A stretch of DNA of 62,562 nucleotides, filler included, from Rhabdomonas costata (taxonomy: Eukaryota), in NCBI GenBank assembly GCA_019059605.1. It is 29 parts of 29 records of this genome, joined end to end, with 100 filler letters (N's around TTAATTAATTAA, not from the genome) between each part and the next. Parts side by side here need not be neighbours in the genome. Positions count along the whole stretch, not along the records: positions 10,820 to 12,882 come from JAHMHO010005981.1; positions 12,983 to 15,043 come from JAHMHO010005982.1; positions 15,144 to 17,205 come from JAHMHO010005983.1; positions 17,306 to 19,368 come from JAHMHO010005984.1; positions 19,469 to 21,530 come from JAHMHO010005985.1; positions 21,631 to 23,693 come from JAHMHO010005986.1; 23 more parts are not named here. One strand, written 5' to 3'. Shown here in pieces: positions 12,485 to 23,700 of the stretch; position 1 is the stretch's first letter; each line of letters begins with the position of its first letter. The notes beneath the pieces are model-generated. The model was not told where the DNA came from, did no database searches, and was given only the letters and a program-made list of their open reading frames with translations. Position numbers and translations under genes: made by a program.

Positions 12485-12715
12485 ATGTCGACTGATGCAA
12501 AGAACGACAAACCTTTGAGATGTTCTGTCTGTAATGTACAGACGTGTTCTACGTGCAAAATTTGCAAATGCAATTTCGACTATGAACAGCTCTGTCCCAA
12601 ATGCAAAAAAGAGTTCGACGAAATGGTACTGGAACTGGAAATGGAAATGGAAAAAATAAAATTAAGAAGAGAAAAGTGCATGGGAGAATACATCTCCAAA
12701 TACGGTAATCTGTAG
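12485..12715 (+). CDS. Cassette ORF C: Cys-rich protein with predicted coiled coil (76 aa)
   Basis: CSVC-x4-CSTCKICKC...CPKC followed by an E/K-rich helix; preceded by AAAAGTTGAAAATTGG at 12367-12382. Confidence 0.7.
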   Translation: MSTDAKNDKPLRCSVCNVQTCSTCKICKCNFDYEQLCPKCKKEFDEMVLELEMEMEKIKLRREKCMGEYISKYGNL

Positions 12716-12726
12716 TTGGCTTCGTA

Positions 12727-12801
12727 TCGACTTTTACTTTTGCCGTTGGCCTGTGTTACTGCTTTATGTTTTTACGTGTTAAAAAACATATAAAAATATA
12801 A
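12727..12801 (+). terminator. Shortened 3' element of cassette C with hairpin (12764-12801, loop AAAA)
   Basis: TCGACTTTT...TTTGCCGTTGGCCTG core followed by TTATGTTTTTACGTGTT-aaaa-AACATATAAAAATATAA. Confidence 0.55.
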
Positions 12802-14234
12802 TTAGTATAGATGCAATTATATTATATATTTATAAAAATTGAAATTTAATTATATTGTAATATGTTTTTTAACACGTAAAAANNNNNNNNNNNNNNNNNN
12901 NNNNNNNNNNNNNNNNNNNNNNNNNNTTAATTAATTAANNNNNNNNNNNNNNNNNNNNNNNNNNNNNNNNNNNNNNNNNNNNGTGGTTTGTGAATGAACA
13001 ATGAACATTTGATTGCTGAAGAGAGTGCACTCGGAGTAAAAGCCGTAGTTCTGAATCAAACCCCCGGCGATCCCACAGTCCAAACAAAAACAGCAGAAAA
13101 CACGGCAGAAACTCCAGAACTTTCCATCATCTGCTCAAACGGAATATATATTCCGATATCCCCAGTGCTCCTGGTCATCGCTGAGATATTCTTCTGAAAA
13201 GGCTCTCACCTGAAACGCACTCTCTTCAGCAATCAAATGTTCATTGTTCATTCACATTCTCTCCTGAAACGACGCAAATAACATAAACGGAAGGGCGGAC
13301 GGAGGAGGACCTGGCTAACGGCACGGGTCTCGTGGTTTCCTCGAAGCAATGTTATCCGAGCCGGATAGCTGTGCGGCCGCCCGACAGCATGCATGCAACA
13401 ATCGCGCCACTAAAAGGCAGTGCCAAATTTTCAGAGTGGTGGTTACTCTCGAAGTTCCACTCAAACCCACGCGCACAAGTGAAAGCAAGACAGCAGAAGG
13501 GGACTTCGTTAGTCAAAACAAACCGAAAAATGATTACACTGAGAAACAGCGACGCTGGCTAAACTCGTTACGGAATCTCGAAAAAAAAAAGTGCTGTTCG
13601 TAAAAGGCAATCGACATCACAACTTGCCTGGACTTCATCGAAAACAAACAGCAAGTTTAAAGCATACCGCAGCTTCAGACACAGCAGCAAGGAGATGGTC
13701 TCCACGCTGTTCACTCCACGATCGACAAAATCCTGTTAGCGTGTTCCCGCACATCACACCACCCTTGAAACACCCGCACAAGAATTAAATTTGGCAGATA
13801 ATGTTCGCATTTGCTATCAGCAAATCGGCAAAAGTTGCGGGTTAAAAAGACGCCCCGCGACATCCAACGACGGACTCTTTCAACCAGTGTGCCGAAATTA
13901 TCATATCCTATTGGCAGCGTGACCTGGATACGAAGAAGCACGCCCCAGAAATGAGAAGTTACTTTAATTGGCAAAAAAAAGCTTTCAACTTCCCTCTCTT
14001 TTCGCATTCGCCCATCCCACTGACCATCCGCATCAGCTGGGCAAAGCATGTACGCATGAATTGGGCAAAGCATGTACACGTAGCTGCCCTGCCATATCAC
14101 TGTGAAATTGAAACCAAAGTGAAAGAAGAAGCATTTTAGCAGTAGTATTTTGGCATTGGGGATAGCATTTTGGGCATTAGGGTGATGGTTGGGGGGAGGA
14201 AGGGAGGAGTGTGCAAGTGCGCAAGTTTGCAAAC

Positions 14235-14812
14235 CCCCAGGAAGAGGTAGTTCGTGTCTGGGGGAGTGCCTCCCACACGAAACAGCTCCAGCAGGTCATA
14301 GAGCTGCCTGACCGCCATAAAGAATGGAAAAATGGAAGGCGGTATCGGGGCACAACATCGCTGCTGCCGCAATCAACTTAAGATGATGCCGCTCAAAGTC
14401 CCTGCTAGAATTTGTTCCTCATGCATCACCCCCGCTCACTGCGCTGCGATTAAGCAGGCGTGTGCTGCGGTCAGAACAGCTCTAGCAAGCCCAGCAAGCC
14501 CTAGCAAACCGGAGCTCTATCTACGTGAGAGGCTTTCAGTGAGTTATCCAGCCATGGTCACAGAGTTTAGAGAGGAGGAGACGAAGAAAGCCAACCAAAA
14601 AGAAAACAAGGGCACGACACATTCGCATGGCAAGTGAATGGAAAAACCCCCCAGTCGCCTTTCAACTCTCTTACGTAACCCACCCCAGGCTCTGGGCCCG
14701 TGAGCATCCAGAATCTTCTGAAACACGGTGCAGACCCGTGAATGTCCCCAACTATGGTCACTGGCGAGGGCACTGCGATGACGTTGGACTCCTCCACGAG
14801 AATCTCCTTTAC
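14235..14812 (-). CDS. Ser/Thr phosphatase catalytic subunit of the PP2A/PP4/PP6 family, partial; exons 14812-14736, 14307-14235
   Basis: [11 protein letters not shown]...[34 protein letters not shown], containing the GDxHG motif. Confidence 0.92.
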
Positions 14813-16008
14813 CTTCATGGAAGAAGGAGGAGAGGGCGGGGGGCGACGTGAAGAAAGTCACCAACAACCCATAGACCTAGTTTTGGATGCCGTCCTTGGC
14901 ATCTCACCGTGTTGGCATAGTCCCCCTACGTTTTCAGCACCCCAATATAAGTGAGTGGTAGTCAACCGGAAACAACTCGAAACGAAAAAGGTTTAAAGCA
15001 GGTTGTGCAAAGACTCGATCTTCTGTCGGATACCCCACCACCCNNNNNNNNNNNNNNNNNNNNNNNNNNNNNNNNNNNNNNNNNNNNTTAATTAATTAAN
15101 NNNNNNNNNNNNNNNNNNNNNNNNNNNNNNNNNNNNNNNNNNNTTTTTAGCCAATTCTGACACCGTCTCATCTTCTTCACGGACTTCCTCGGTGTCCTCC
15201 TCTGCTGCTGCTACGGCTGGCACTGCGGCTTCCTCCGGAGCCCGAGGGGGAGCGACTGTAGGAACGAGGTGCACTGGCAGAGCGCCGCGAAGAGAAGCTT
15301 CCGCTTTCGTCTTCGGGCGCAGAGGAGGACACCGAGGAAGTCCGTGAAGAAGATGAGACGGTGTCAGAATTGGCCATAAAACTATTAAACAAACTGAAGC
15401 GGACGATAGAACCTTATCTGGAGACAAACCAAGATGGGGAAACCGTTGTACCGTTTATTACAAGCGCACCTGGTGCAGCATCTTTATGGGTAAGAACTTC
15501 TTGAGACTTCTTCAGATAGCAGCACCGTTTTGCAAATCTGGTTACCTCTACACCAGGCGGCCGCCATGAGTAAACGTGTGAATGACCGCATGTTCCCCAA
15601 GGCGACAAAACTCCATTACAGTCACCGTCTTTCTTGTTGAAATCAGGATGTAGTTTTGGCCATTTACGGAACAATACCAGACTTGCCTGCCACGGATGGA
15701 TGGTCCAAGAAGGCACTTGCTGCTTACGGATGAAGCTTGGCGGCTTGGGTCCTCGTTTTGGGCACCTACACTACGGTTCCACTTGATTGGTCTTCGGCAA
15801 TGCATTAATCGATTAACGTTGGGCATCAAAGCTGCAAAGCAAAAAAAAACAGCACCACCAAATAAACAAAACGAAACATGAAGTCTCATCACAAATGTTG
15901 GGTGGCACTGAGAGTTCCTTCCGGAATAAGCAGCACACATGCACGCGAAGCAACATGCAGTCATAAACCGTTTCAAGACACGTCAGGTGAAATGCCCAGT
16001 GAATCCCT

Positions 16009-17205
16009 TCAGCTCGAGCCCCGAAGACCACTCACCTGAGGTGAGGGAGAGGCATGTCCGGCGCCCCGACCACGGCGTGAAAGTGGCTTCAATGCAGTCA
16101 AGGCCCCGGAGGATAGGTAGGGCCCATCGGCGGTGGGAGAGGGAGCAGCGAACGGGGGGTAGGCACCCATCACAGGCTCCTCTGGGCATTTCTGCGACGG
16201 AGCAATTGTGCTAAGATCGGTGACAATTTTCTTCCGCCGGCGAATGGGCAAACCCTTACGAAACTCATTGTGCCTGTAAATAGTGCTAGACTGATCGTCT
16301 ACCAATGGTGAAGGAGTGCCAAAGACCACGCTGTAGGTCGGCTTGGGAATGGTAGGACCCTTGGTGGCAGTGGCGTCGGTCAAAAGTCGCACTTCAGGGG
16401 CAGCATCCGGAAGAGCGGGCCGCACAGCTCTGGAAGGCCATCGGGAGCCCAATGCTCGACCGAACTTGTGCGCAAGCTTTGCGTTGTCATCTTCTCCAAG
16501 GCTTTTCCCAAGGCTAGCCTTGAGTGGTGGTGCTTTGGTGGAGAATGCCGAGAAAAGCGGAAGAAGGTCTGGAAACCCAAATAGCTTGGCAAGTCGGGTG
16601 GACGGGGAGGGCTGCTGATCGAGGGGAACCAAGACACGATTGGGTGGCAGCTGGCCACCGAGCACCAAGAAATCCAGCAGTTGGTCCTGCAGTTCGCGGA
16701 GAGCCATGGCTTTGCGGAACGCAACCTTCTCTTTCAGGTTGCAGGCCCTGGCTTCCAGACGCTCCCACACGGAAAGCCCTCGGATTTCCTGCTCCAATGC
16801 AAGCCAGTGCTTCTTGGCGTCCTTCCAGCACTGGCTGTTGTGCAGCAGCATGTGAATTCGTTCCAGCATTCTCGCGAGAGCCATGGGCATCTCCGAGGGC
16901 TGCCCTGCTCCCTCAGGCATCTTCGGCGGGGCCGAGGAGGGCCTAGTTTCTGAAAACGGAATCACGGCATTGTAGCTCGGCTTCAGGGTCGCGGACTGTG
17001 GGCGAGTTGGCGCCACGCGGCCACCCAAACGAAGGTGCGGGACAAAAACAGATCCGGAGCCAGAGCCCGGTGGCGAGATAATCGTAACACCAGACCCGCC
17101 AGATGCAAGGGGCTGCGCCAGAACAGATCCCTCAGGTTCATTCTTTTGCAGTGTGGAAGCCGAAGAGCTGTCAGCAGCATTGACCTCAGTCATCTCACCC
17201 AACAC
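16009..17205 (-). CDS. Long open frame, hypothetical protein fragment (exon bounds uncertain)
   Basis: 398-codon stop-free frame with a helical segment (LARMLERIH...LRELQDQLLDF); no family recognised. Confidence 0.45.
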   Translation of the reverse strand: MLGEMTEVNAADSSSASTLQKNEPEGSVLAQPLASGGSGVTIISPPGSGSGSVFVPHLRLGGRVAPTRPQSATLKPSYNAVIPFSETRPSSAPPKMPEGAGQPSEMPMALARMLERIHMLLHNSQCWKDAKKHWLALEQEIRGLSVWERLEARACNLKEKVAFRKAMALRELQDQLLDFLVLGGQLPPNRVLVPLDQQPSPSTRLAKLFGFPDLLPLFSAFSTKAPPLKASLGKSLGEDDNAKLAHKFGRALGSRWPSRAVRPALPDAAPEVRLLTDATATKGPTIPKPTYSVVFGTPSPLVDDQSSTIYRHNEFRKGLPIRRRKKIVTDLSTIAPSQKCPEEPVMGAYPPFAAPSPTADGPYLSSGALTALKPLSRRGRGAGHASPSPQVSGLRGSS

Positions 17206-17402
17206 NNNNNNNNNNNNNNNNNNNNNNNNNNNNNNNNNNNNNNNNNNNNTTAATTAATTAANNNNNNNNNNNNNNNNNNNNNNNNNNNNNNNNNNNNNNN
17301 NNNNNGGACGGTGAGAAACGCCAGAAAAAATAGGCCTGTGGTCTTAACTGAATCGCGGGGGTGAGCGAGCGGGTTTTTCCCGCTCGAGGGGGGGGGTATC
17401 AC

Positions 17403-18823
17403 CTAGCACCATGTGCAGCAGCAGCTGCGCAGAGTCATTCATAAGGTCTCCCAGGCCGCGGTCGACGAAGGAGACAATTAGCGCCACAAAGCTGCACACG
17501 CAGGTCAGGATGATCAGGGCGTCGTCGCACGGAGTGTTCTGCAGCTGGTACGCGGACTGGATCATCCACCTGGTACCAGACACCACACTCCCCACATTCC
17601 ACACTCCACACATGCGCTGGGCTGCGCCATGCAATTAAACAGTAGGCAACGCCAACACCAGAGTCTGGTGCCCAGATTTTGGATTTCGGGGGCTTGGTCG
17701 CTATTTTGGAGGGCGTCATGAAAATGGAGTTGGCAGAACTGATGAACGATCACTCCACCTCCATTAGATTCTACATGTATGGTTTACTCACTTACATTTC
17801 CCCCGCAAAGCGTTTTGTCTGTTCCGTGCCTTTTCCTCTTCTTTTCCACTTCTATTCTACGTCTGTGTAAGTGTCCTTTAATTGTATCGCAGAAAGCCGC
17901 CCCGTCATGTTTCCGTCGTCACAGTCGGTGGTTCTGCTACTTTGCACCATGAAAGCCAGCGTGCACACAGTTTTTCCACGTGACATTTCGGCTTTTTCAT
18001 TTCATGAGCGCGTTAAAGAAATGGGGATGATACATCCATAGGACTGGCAAGAGAATGCACTAGATGCATATATCAGCACATAGTTTCGATTCGTGAAACC
18101 AGGAAACGAGGAACAAAGCAAGGGGAGGGGTGTGAAACCGGTTGGCCGTCACGGCGCAGACCAGGCAGCAGCACGACTCCAGAGCCAGCCCGCAGGCCCC
18201 GGAGCATACTTTGGTGGCACACTCGCTGCAGCGCCCGAACATCCCCCCGCAGCAGACGTAGTTGTGCTCCAGGTCACCCAGCAGGATCCGCTTCCGCTGA
18301 GTGAACGCCATGCACCTGTGCAGGCGAGTGCAGGGGGTATCTTTCTCTCTGTCAAGCACTTGCCGTGCATCCAAGGTATTTTGCTACTCCTGAAGCACGT
18401 CACACACGCCCTATGATGGTGACTCGTTAACTGTTATGCACTTCATCTGCCAATACCGCAGGTACGCATAGTTCCGAGCCATTACTGCACTTCTAAGCCA
18501 AGCGGTAGTGTTGTGTGGAGGTGCCCCTCACAAACGCACATACACATACACAAACACATACACAGACACATACACATATACATACACACATACACATACG
18601 CATACACATACACATACGCATACACATACACATACGCATACACATACACACACCAAGGGAAAAAACAGGCCAGGCAGCAGTATGGGCAGTTTTTGCAGGT
18701 CTCGCACATCCCAATCGCCCACTCGTTGCGGAACTCCTGTGCCCGGTTGTGCCGCATGCATAGCCCCCCTTGCCGCGGCGGAGGTGGGGGCGGGGGCATA
18801 ATCAGCGCGTACCGATCCGCCAT
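17403..18823 (-). CDS. PLAC8-family Cys-rich protein, three exons, 3'-partial
   Basis: EWAIGMCETC...YCCLACFFPW|CMAFTQRKRIL...YVCCGG...LALESCCCLVCAVTANR|WMIQSAYQLQNTPCDD; GT-AG borders keep the frame. Confidence 0.8.
18535..18652. repeat. (CATACA)n-type microsatellite at the 5' end of PLAC8 intron 1
   Basis: Degenerate hexamer array, directly visible. Confidence 0.9.
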
Positions 18824-19744
18824 TCTGGTCTCTTCACGCCTTTCTCGCAAAAGGATAGGATATGGAAGGGGTGGGAGAAAAACCGAAAATCAAAAGTTGG
18901 TGGTGTCCTGCATGATGAGAAAAAAGGGGAGGAAAAAGGTGCTTTTCCCCAGACCAGCGAGAGTTAGAAAAAAAAATAAGGAAAAAAGAAATACGCTTTG
19001 GGTTGGAGGACCAGAAATTCCCCAACAAAGGGAAAAAATGAGGAAACAGAGTGACGTCCTGGGGTAAGGGTTAGACAGACCCGAGGCGATGATCGAGAAA
19101 GCTCTCCGCAATAGTGAAAATCACGTACCACGATGTGATAGGAACACGGGAAAGGCCTTCCAACCGTTCCGGCGGGCGCACAGACACCCGCACAGGACCT
19201 TCTGACATCCATTCCATCCCATGAAGAAAACGCAAACGGCACGATTATACAAGGAGTGACAAGTGACACGGAAACACACAACCGCACATACAACATTCCC
19301 AGGTATGACCAAAAAAGGGTCGCAGAGGGGACAGCAGAGCACCCTCTGCCGACCACAAACCCCCACAANNNNNNNNNNNNNNNNNNNNNNNNNNNNNNNN
19401 NNNNNNNNNNNNTTAATTAATTAANNNNNNNNNNNNNNNNNNNNNNNNNNNNNNNNNNNNNNNNNNNNGGTGGTTTGTCGGCGAAATTTCCCCGGCTGTT
19501 TTCCTACTGATCGAAAATATTCCGACGTTGCTTACACAATGTATGCGTATCCTCCTTGTGCTGCTGAGTGTTGAAAACAGCCAGTGTAGAAGCGAAGCGT
19601 TGTTGGGTTGAAAAAACGAGCGCTGTGGAGTAGAACATGTGATGAATGCTGTTATTACCTGACACCTGCTCGAGGTATGAATGCCTTCACGGTTCCACCC
19701 CCCGATATTGCAGCAGTTTCATTCTTCTCAGGTGTGCCGCGGCA

Positions 19745-20797
19745 ATGTTTGCGCGGCTTCCATTCTATTTGTGGGCACTGTTGTGCCCATGGGCACTGGC
19801 TGGGAAAGGCCCCCCTTCGGTTGATCTTCACTTTGGTCTCTGTGGAGGGGCCTTCAACTGTCACATGAGCGTCGTGTCGGCGACGTGGCTGGTTTCCCAG
19901 ATGGCCTCCATCCCCTTTCTGCCTCGAAAGATCCGCCTTGTGGTCCCTCCCTTGGACGCCAACCACGTTATCTCCCGAGAAACGCTGCCGTTCAGCCAGT
20001 TCTACGACCTACCGTACCTCCGGCAGGCCCCTTTGATGCGGGGGGTACCCGTTGTGGATGAGAAGCAGCCCTGTCTGAGGGATCTGATCTTGCCTCGGAA
20101 GCCAATAGAGAAGTTGCCCCGCTTCATCGCGGATGCTCTGGTTAAGGGCGACAAAAATCGCAAGACGTGCTTCAAGATCAAAAGCGCGCAGAAGCAAGGG
20201 TTTGGCATCGGCTGCCTTTATCATGTCTACCACACCTCGATGCTTCCGTTTTCATACCAGGTGCTGCGGTTTCATCCGCGGTTCCACGCCATGGCGGCGA
20301 ACGTCACCCAGGCCCTCGGGAAATACATTGCTATTCACCTACGGCTGGAGTTTCATTGGGCGATTCGCAAGGGAGACTTATGGCTGCTCAACCCACCTGC
20401 CCTGGAGAAGTGCCTGGTACAGCGGTTTGGAAACCTAAGCCTAAACAGCAGCCTGCCCATATGGGTGTCGGCCGGGGAAAGTGTGTTCAAGTTCCCTCAG
20501 TACCAGGCCTGGCGGGCGATGACGCGGTTCACGCTGGTGAACCGAACTGATGTGCTAGGAGCACAGCTTGGGGGGCTAGGGCGAGAGGAATTGGGCATTC
20601 TGGAGGCAGCTGTCTGTGAGCGAGCTAGTGTGTACCTGGGAATGTACCGGTCCTCGCGTACGGAGCACGTCATGCGAAAAAGGAGTTGGGAAACCCCGAG
20701 CGGCCTTTTAGACTTTGCGTGGAACGTGGAATGCCCTGATGCCTTCCAAAACAATGGCACGGCCAGTCAATGGGCTCACCGCCTCATCTTAGCATGA
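19745..20797 (+). CDS. GDP-fucose protein O-fucosyltransferase-like glycosyltransferase, intronless
   Basis: Signal/anchor MFARLPFYLWALLCPWALA; GGAFN, FSQFYDL, LRFHPRF, YIAIHLRLE and VCERASVYLG motifs typical of O-FucT-like proteins. Confidence 0.75.
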   Translation: MFARLPFYLWALLCPWALAGKGPPSVDLHFGLCGGAFNCHMSVVSATWLVSQMASIPFLPRKIRLVVPPLDANHVISRETLPFSQFYDLPYLRQAPLMRGVPVVDEKQPCLRDLILPRKPIEKLPRFIADALVKGDKNRKTCFKIKSAQKQGFGIGCLYHVYHTSMLPFSYQVLRFHPRFHAMAANVTQALGKYIAIHLRLEFHWAIRKGDLWLLNPPALEKCLVQRFGNLSLNSSLPIWVSAGESVFKFPQYQAWRAMTRFTLVNRTDVLGAQLGGLGREELGILEAAVCERASVYLGMYRSSRTEHVMRKRSWETPSGLLDFAWNVECPDAFQNNGTASQWAHRLILA

Positions 20798-23700
20798 TGG
20801 ACCGCGGGCTTGCAGACCGCGTGAGGCAGGAAGCAGTGTATATTATCAGCGATGTCTTGTTGGGACTATTGTGTTCTTTGCTGATATCTCTTTTTGTTTT
20901 TACTCTCAGTGCATATCGCTTTTGTTGAGTTGCTTTCACGAGTAGTCGAATATTATTATAATAACGGTCAGATTCCCTGCAGCCAGCGGCCTTGTTTGGT
21001 GCAGGCCGGTAAGGACCGTTTTTCTCGCATCCCTTATTTTGCCAAACCTTCCCCTGGAAATCGTTCTGGAGCGGCGCCTTCACATCTCAAAGCAATCGGG
21101 GGTGAATATTCACAAAGGACCAGGTCACCGTAGAGCTAACCTGGAACCGTCAAAATTCCGAGCCAGCAGTCAGCATTGTTCACAGTTTTAACAAAAGGAA
21201 AAGGAAATAATATCCGTGCCTAGAGAGAGATTAAAAAACGTAGCAAACGAAGCCTGGGAGGTTGGGGGGGGAAGGACCTGTTCGGGGTGTGGATCATTAA
21301 CCATCTGCATCCGCAATTATGTTTTTTGCACAGTCGAGTCTTATTAGCACGAAGGCGCTGCCCGGGATCGAAACGGATCAACGGGGACAAAGGAAGGCGC
21401 CTGGATATTCCCGCGTTTTCTTACTTAATGTTTACTACTTAATGTTTACCCGATGCGGCGGGGAAACAAGCGTAGGCGCAGCCGGGGCGCGCAACGACAT
21501 CAAGGGCCCCAGCCTCCACTACACAAACAANNNNNNNNNNNNNNNNNNNNNNNNNNNNNNNNNNNNNNNNNNNNTTAATTAATTAANNNNNNNNNNNNNN
21601 NNNNNNNNNNNNNNNNNNNNNNNNNNNNNNTTTTGTTTTGTTTGTGTGTGAAATCGGCGAGGATCTGAGATGAGCAAGCGAAGGTTCAGAGGCGCAAGTG
21701 CACCCCTGAAGTTCACTAGAATACAATAGCTGTGGCGTATTCGTGCGGGTCCGTCCCTTTGTCGCTGCTGTGAGCTCCTCCCCGGGGTTTCTTTTCTTTC
21801 CTCTTTGGCTACGGGATTGTTTTTCTGGCTGGCAGTATGCCCTTCCGAAATGGGCCCCCTGTCTTGCAGGGGCACTCACCTTGGAAAGGGCCATGCCTCA
21901 GAATCGTGCCACAAAGTGGGGGAGAGGACCCCGAGGAACTTGTTTTTCTCTCCCACGAGTGGGCCGCTTTGAAACCCTTTGCTACTTCTGTCGAAACGAA
22001 CGAGAGTATGGTGGCAGCTGTGGACGCCGCGTGGGTGTGTTAGGTACCTTTGGTAGCAAGCCGGCCCTTTTCTGCAGTTCGACGTTTCCGAAAAGGCGGA
22101 TTGCAAAAAAGACGAAAATGCAAAACAAATCTGATTATGTCTCATTTTTGAAATGGAACTCGCGAAACCTCCTCACAAAGCTGAAAACCAAAATTGTTAC
22201 TTCTATTTGGGTTTGCACGCCTCTTTGAGTTTTTTTGAGCTGCAAACTTCAGAAAAGTCTCTTTTCCAATGCATGAGCGGCGATGCTGAAGAGAGCTGTG
22301 AACAGGAAGACTATGTTCTCAGCTTAGACCCTTATTGGGCCCGCCAAGCAATTACAAAGGACACGTGCACTTAGAGATATTCCCATTTCCCATTGAATTC
22401 CCATTTAAAAAGTTTTTTTTGTCCACAAAAAAGGGCCGGTTTGCCGTGAGATATTTTAGTGGTCCTTTTGGGTGCCCGAAGTTGGTGTCCGCCAGTGAGC
22501 ATGTTAGTGCGTGCGTGCGCGCCCAGGCGCGTTATGGGTTATAGTATGCTTTTCTATTGCGGTTTTTCTCTTCCCTTGCATTCCTGTTTTGTGATTGAGA
22601 AAGACGGCTGCTGTTTGTCGGTGCCTGCCCCCTGCGCCTCGCGTTGAGGGGGCGTGTGGCAGACAAGGGCACTCGCTTCCATCCCAGCACTCTGCTCCGC
22701 CCCGTCGCGGGGAATTGAGAACACTGTACGCTGTTGTGCTGAGGTGGTGGACCCTGGCCTTTTTGGGACGCTGCTTCTCCTTGCTGTGGCCTTTTGTGCC
22801 CGTGTTCCAAATGCGCGATTCGGTCCCCCTGTCCCCAGCAATTTATCTTTCGCGATCCAACTGGTGAATCGTGAGCAATCGCGCCGAGTTATATGCTTAC
22901 AATGGAGCGAGGAAGACAGGCTGTATGCCACACCCACACCAAACCCACGAAAACGCGGACCGAAACCGAAGCCTTGCACACCAGCTTGCAGAAAAAATGG
23001 GAAGATTGTGTGCCTTTTGGTGTTTTGATATACGTTTTATTATAAGGTTACACTCCAAAACTCAGAGGAGCGCATGTTAACCCAATCCTTCTTTGAGATC
23101 CTACGGAAATCATCATTAACAGGCGGAATATATTATCCCGGATGCCCCGTGCGGTTGCACCCATTCCAAGACAGAGCTTCCTTTAAAGGGGCGAGAAAAG
23201 TTTTTTCTTCGAATGTGCAGTGTGGACGAATGGTTCTACGTGTGAAGGCGTGGAGAATGGTTCTCAAGCTACTAGTTTCCCCAACTTATAACTCCACAAC
23301 TATGAGAAGAAACCCCCTTAATAATTCCCCTTCTTATGCGTACTCTGTGGGGTATATTGTCGAAGGGCTAACTAAATTCAAAAACATTTCGCCCCAGACT
23401 GGTCCGCCGACGATCGTTTTTCTGTACTGCTGCCCGTCAAGTACACCGTTGAAAAAGGATCCCGCAGACATCAGCCTCTCAGCGGAAAGTGTCACCCCCC
23501 AAAAATGGATAAACTTCCGACCTCGCCTGCCTTTTCATGGTGTTCGGCTGCCTTTTCCTGGTGTTCGGGTGAAGTCCAATAAGGACAAAGACTGCAGGAA
23601 GCTCACGCGGAAAGAGCAAGGAAACTGCCTGCGCGTCTTCCGCGAACGGCGCTCATCCAAAACCCCCTCAATGCATGGCCGTCTTTCTGTGGTNNNNNNN

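Larger units (their letters stand above)
10820..12882 (+). mobile_element. AT-rich, giant-virus-like three-cassette element, terminally redundant (1915-bp unit)
   Basis: 10820-10946 is identical to 12735-12861; three co-oriented intronless ORFs, each flanked by homologous promoter and hairpin blocks. Confidence 0.6.

Noticed and set aside
10820-12882. CRISPR array, bacterial integron or mitochondrial minicircle reading of the repeated blocks
   Set aside because: The repeats are long and degenerate and the 'spacers' are whole ORFs. There is no cas or integrase gene, no attC-type core ends, no Shine-Dalgarno pattern and no recognisable mitochondrial gene pieces.
12989-13256. 40-bp perfect inverted repeat (12989-13028 / 13217-13256)
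   Set aside because: It begins right at a primer-like contig start and has short CCTGAAACG direct repeats flanking the second copy. Most likely an amplification template switch.
18482-18850. ORFs with HTHT/YAYV/CVCV repeats
   Set aside because: They are translations of an intronic microsatellite.
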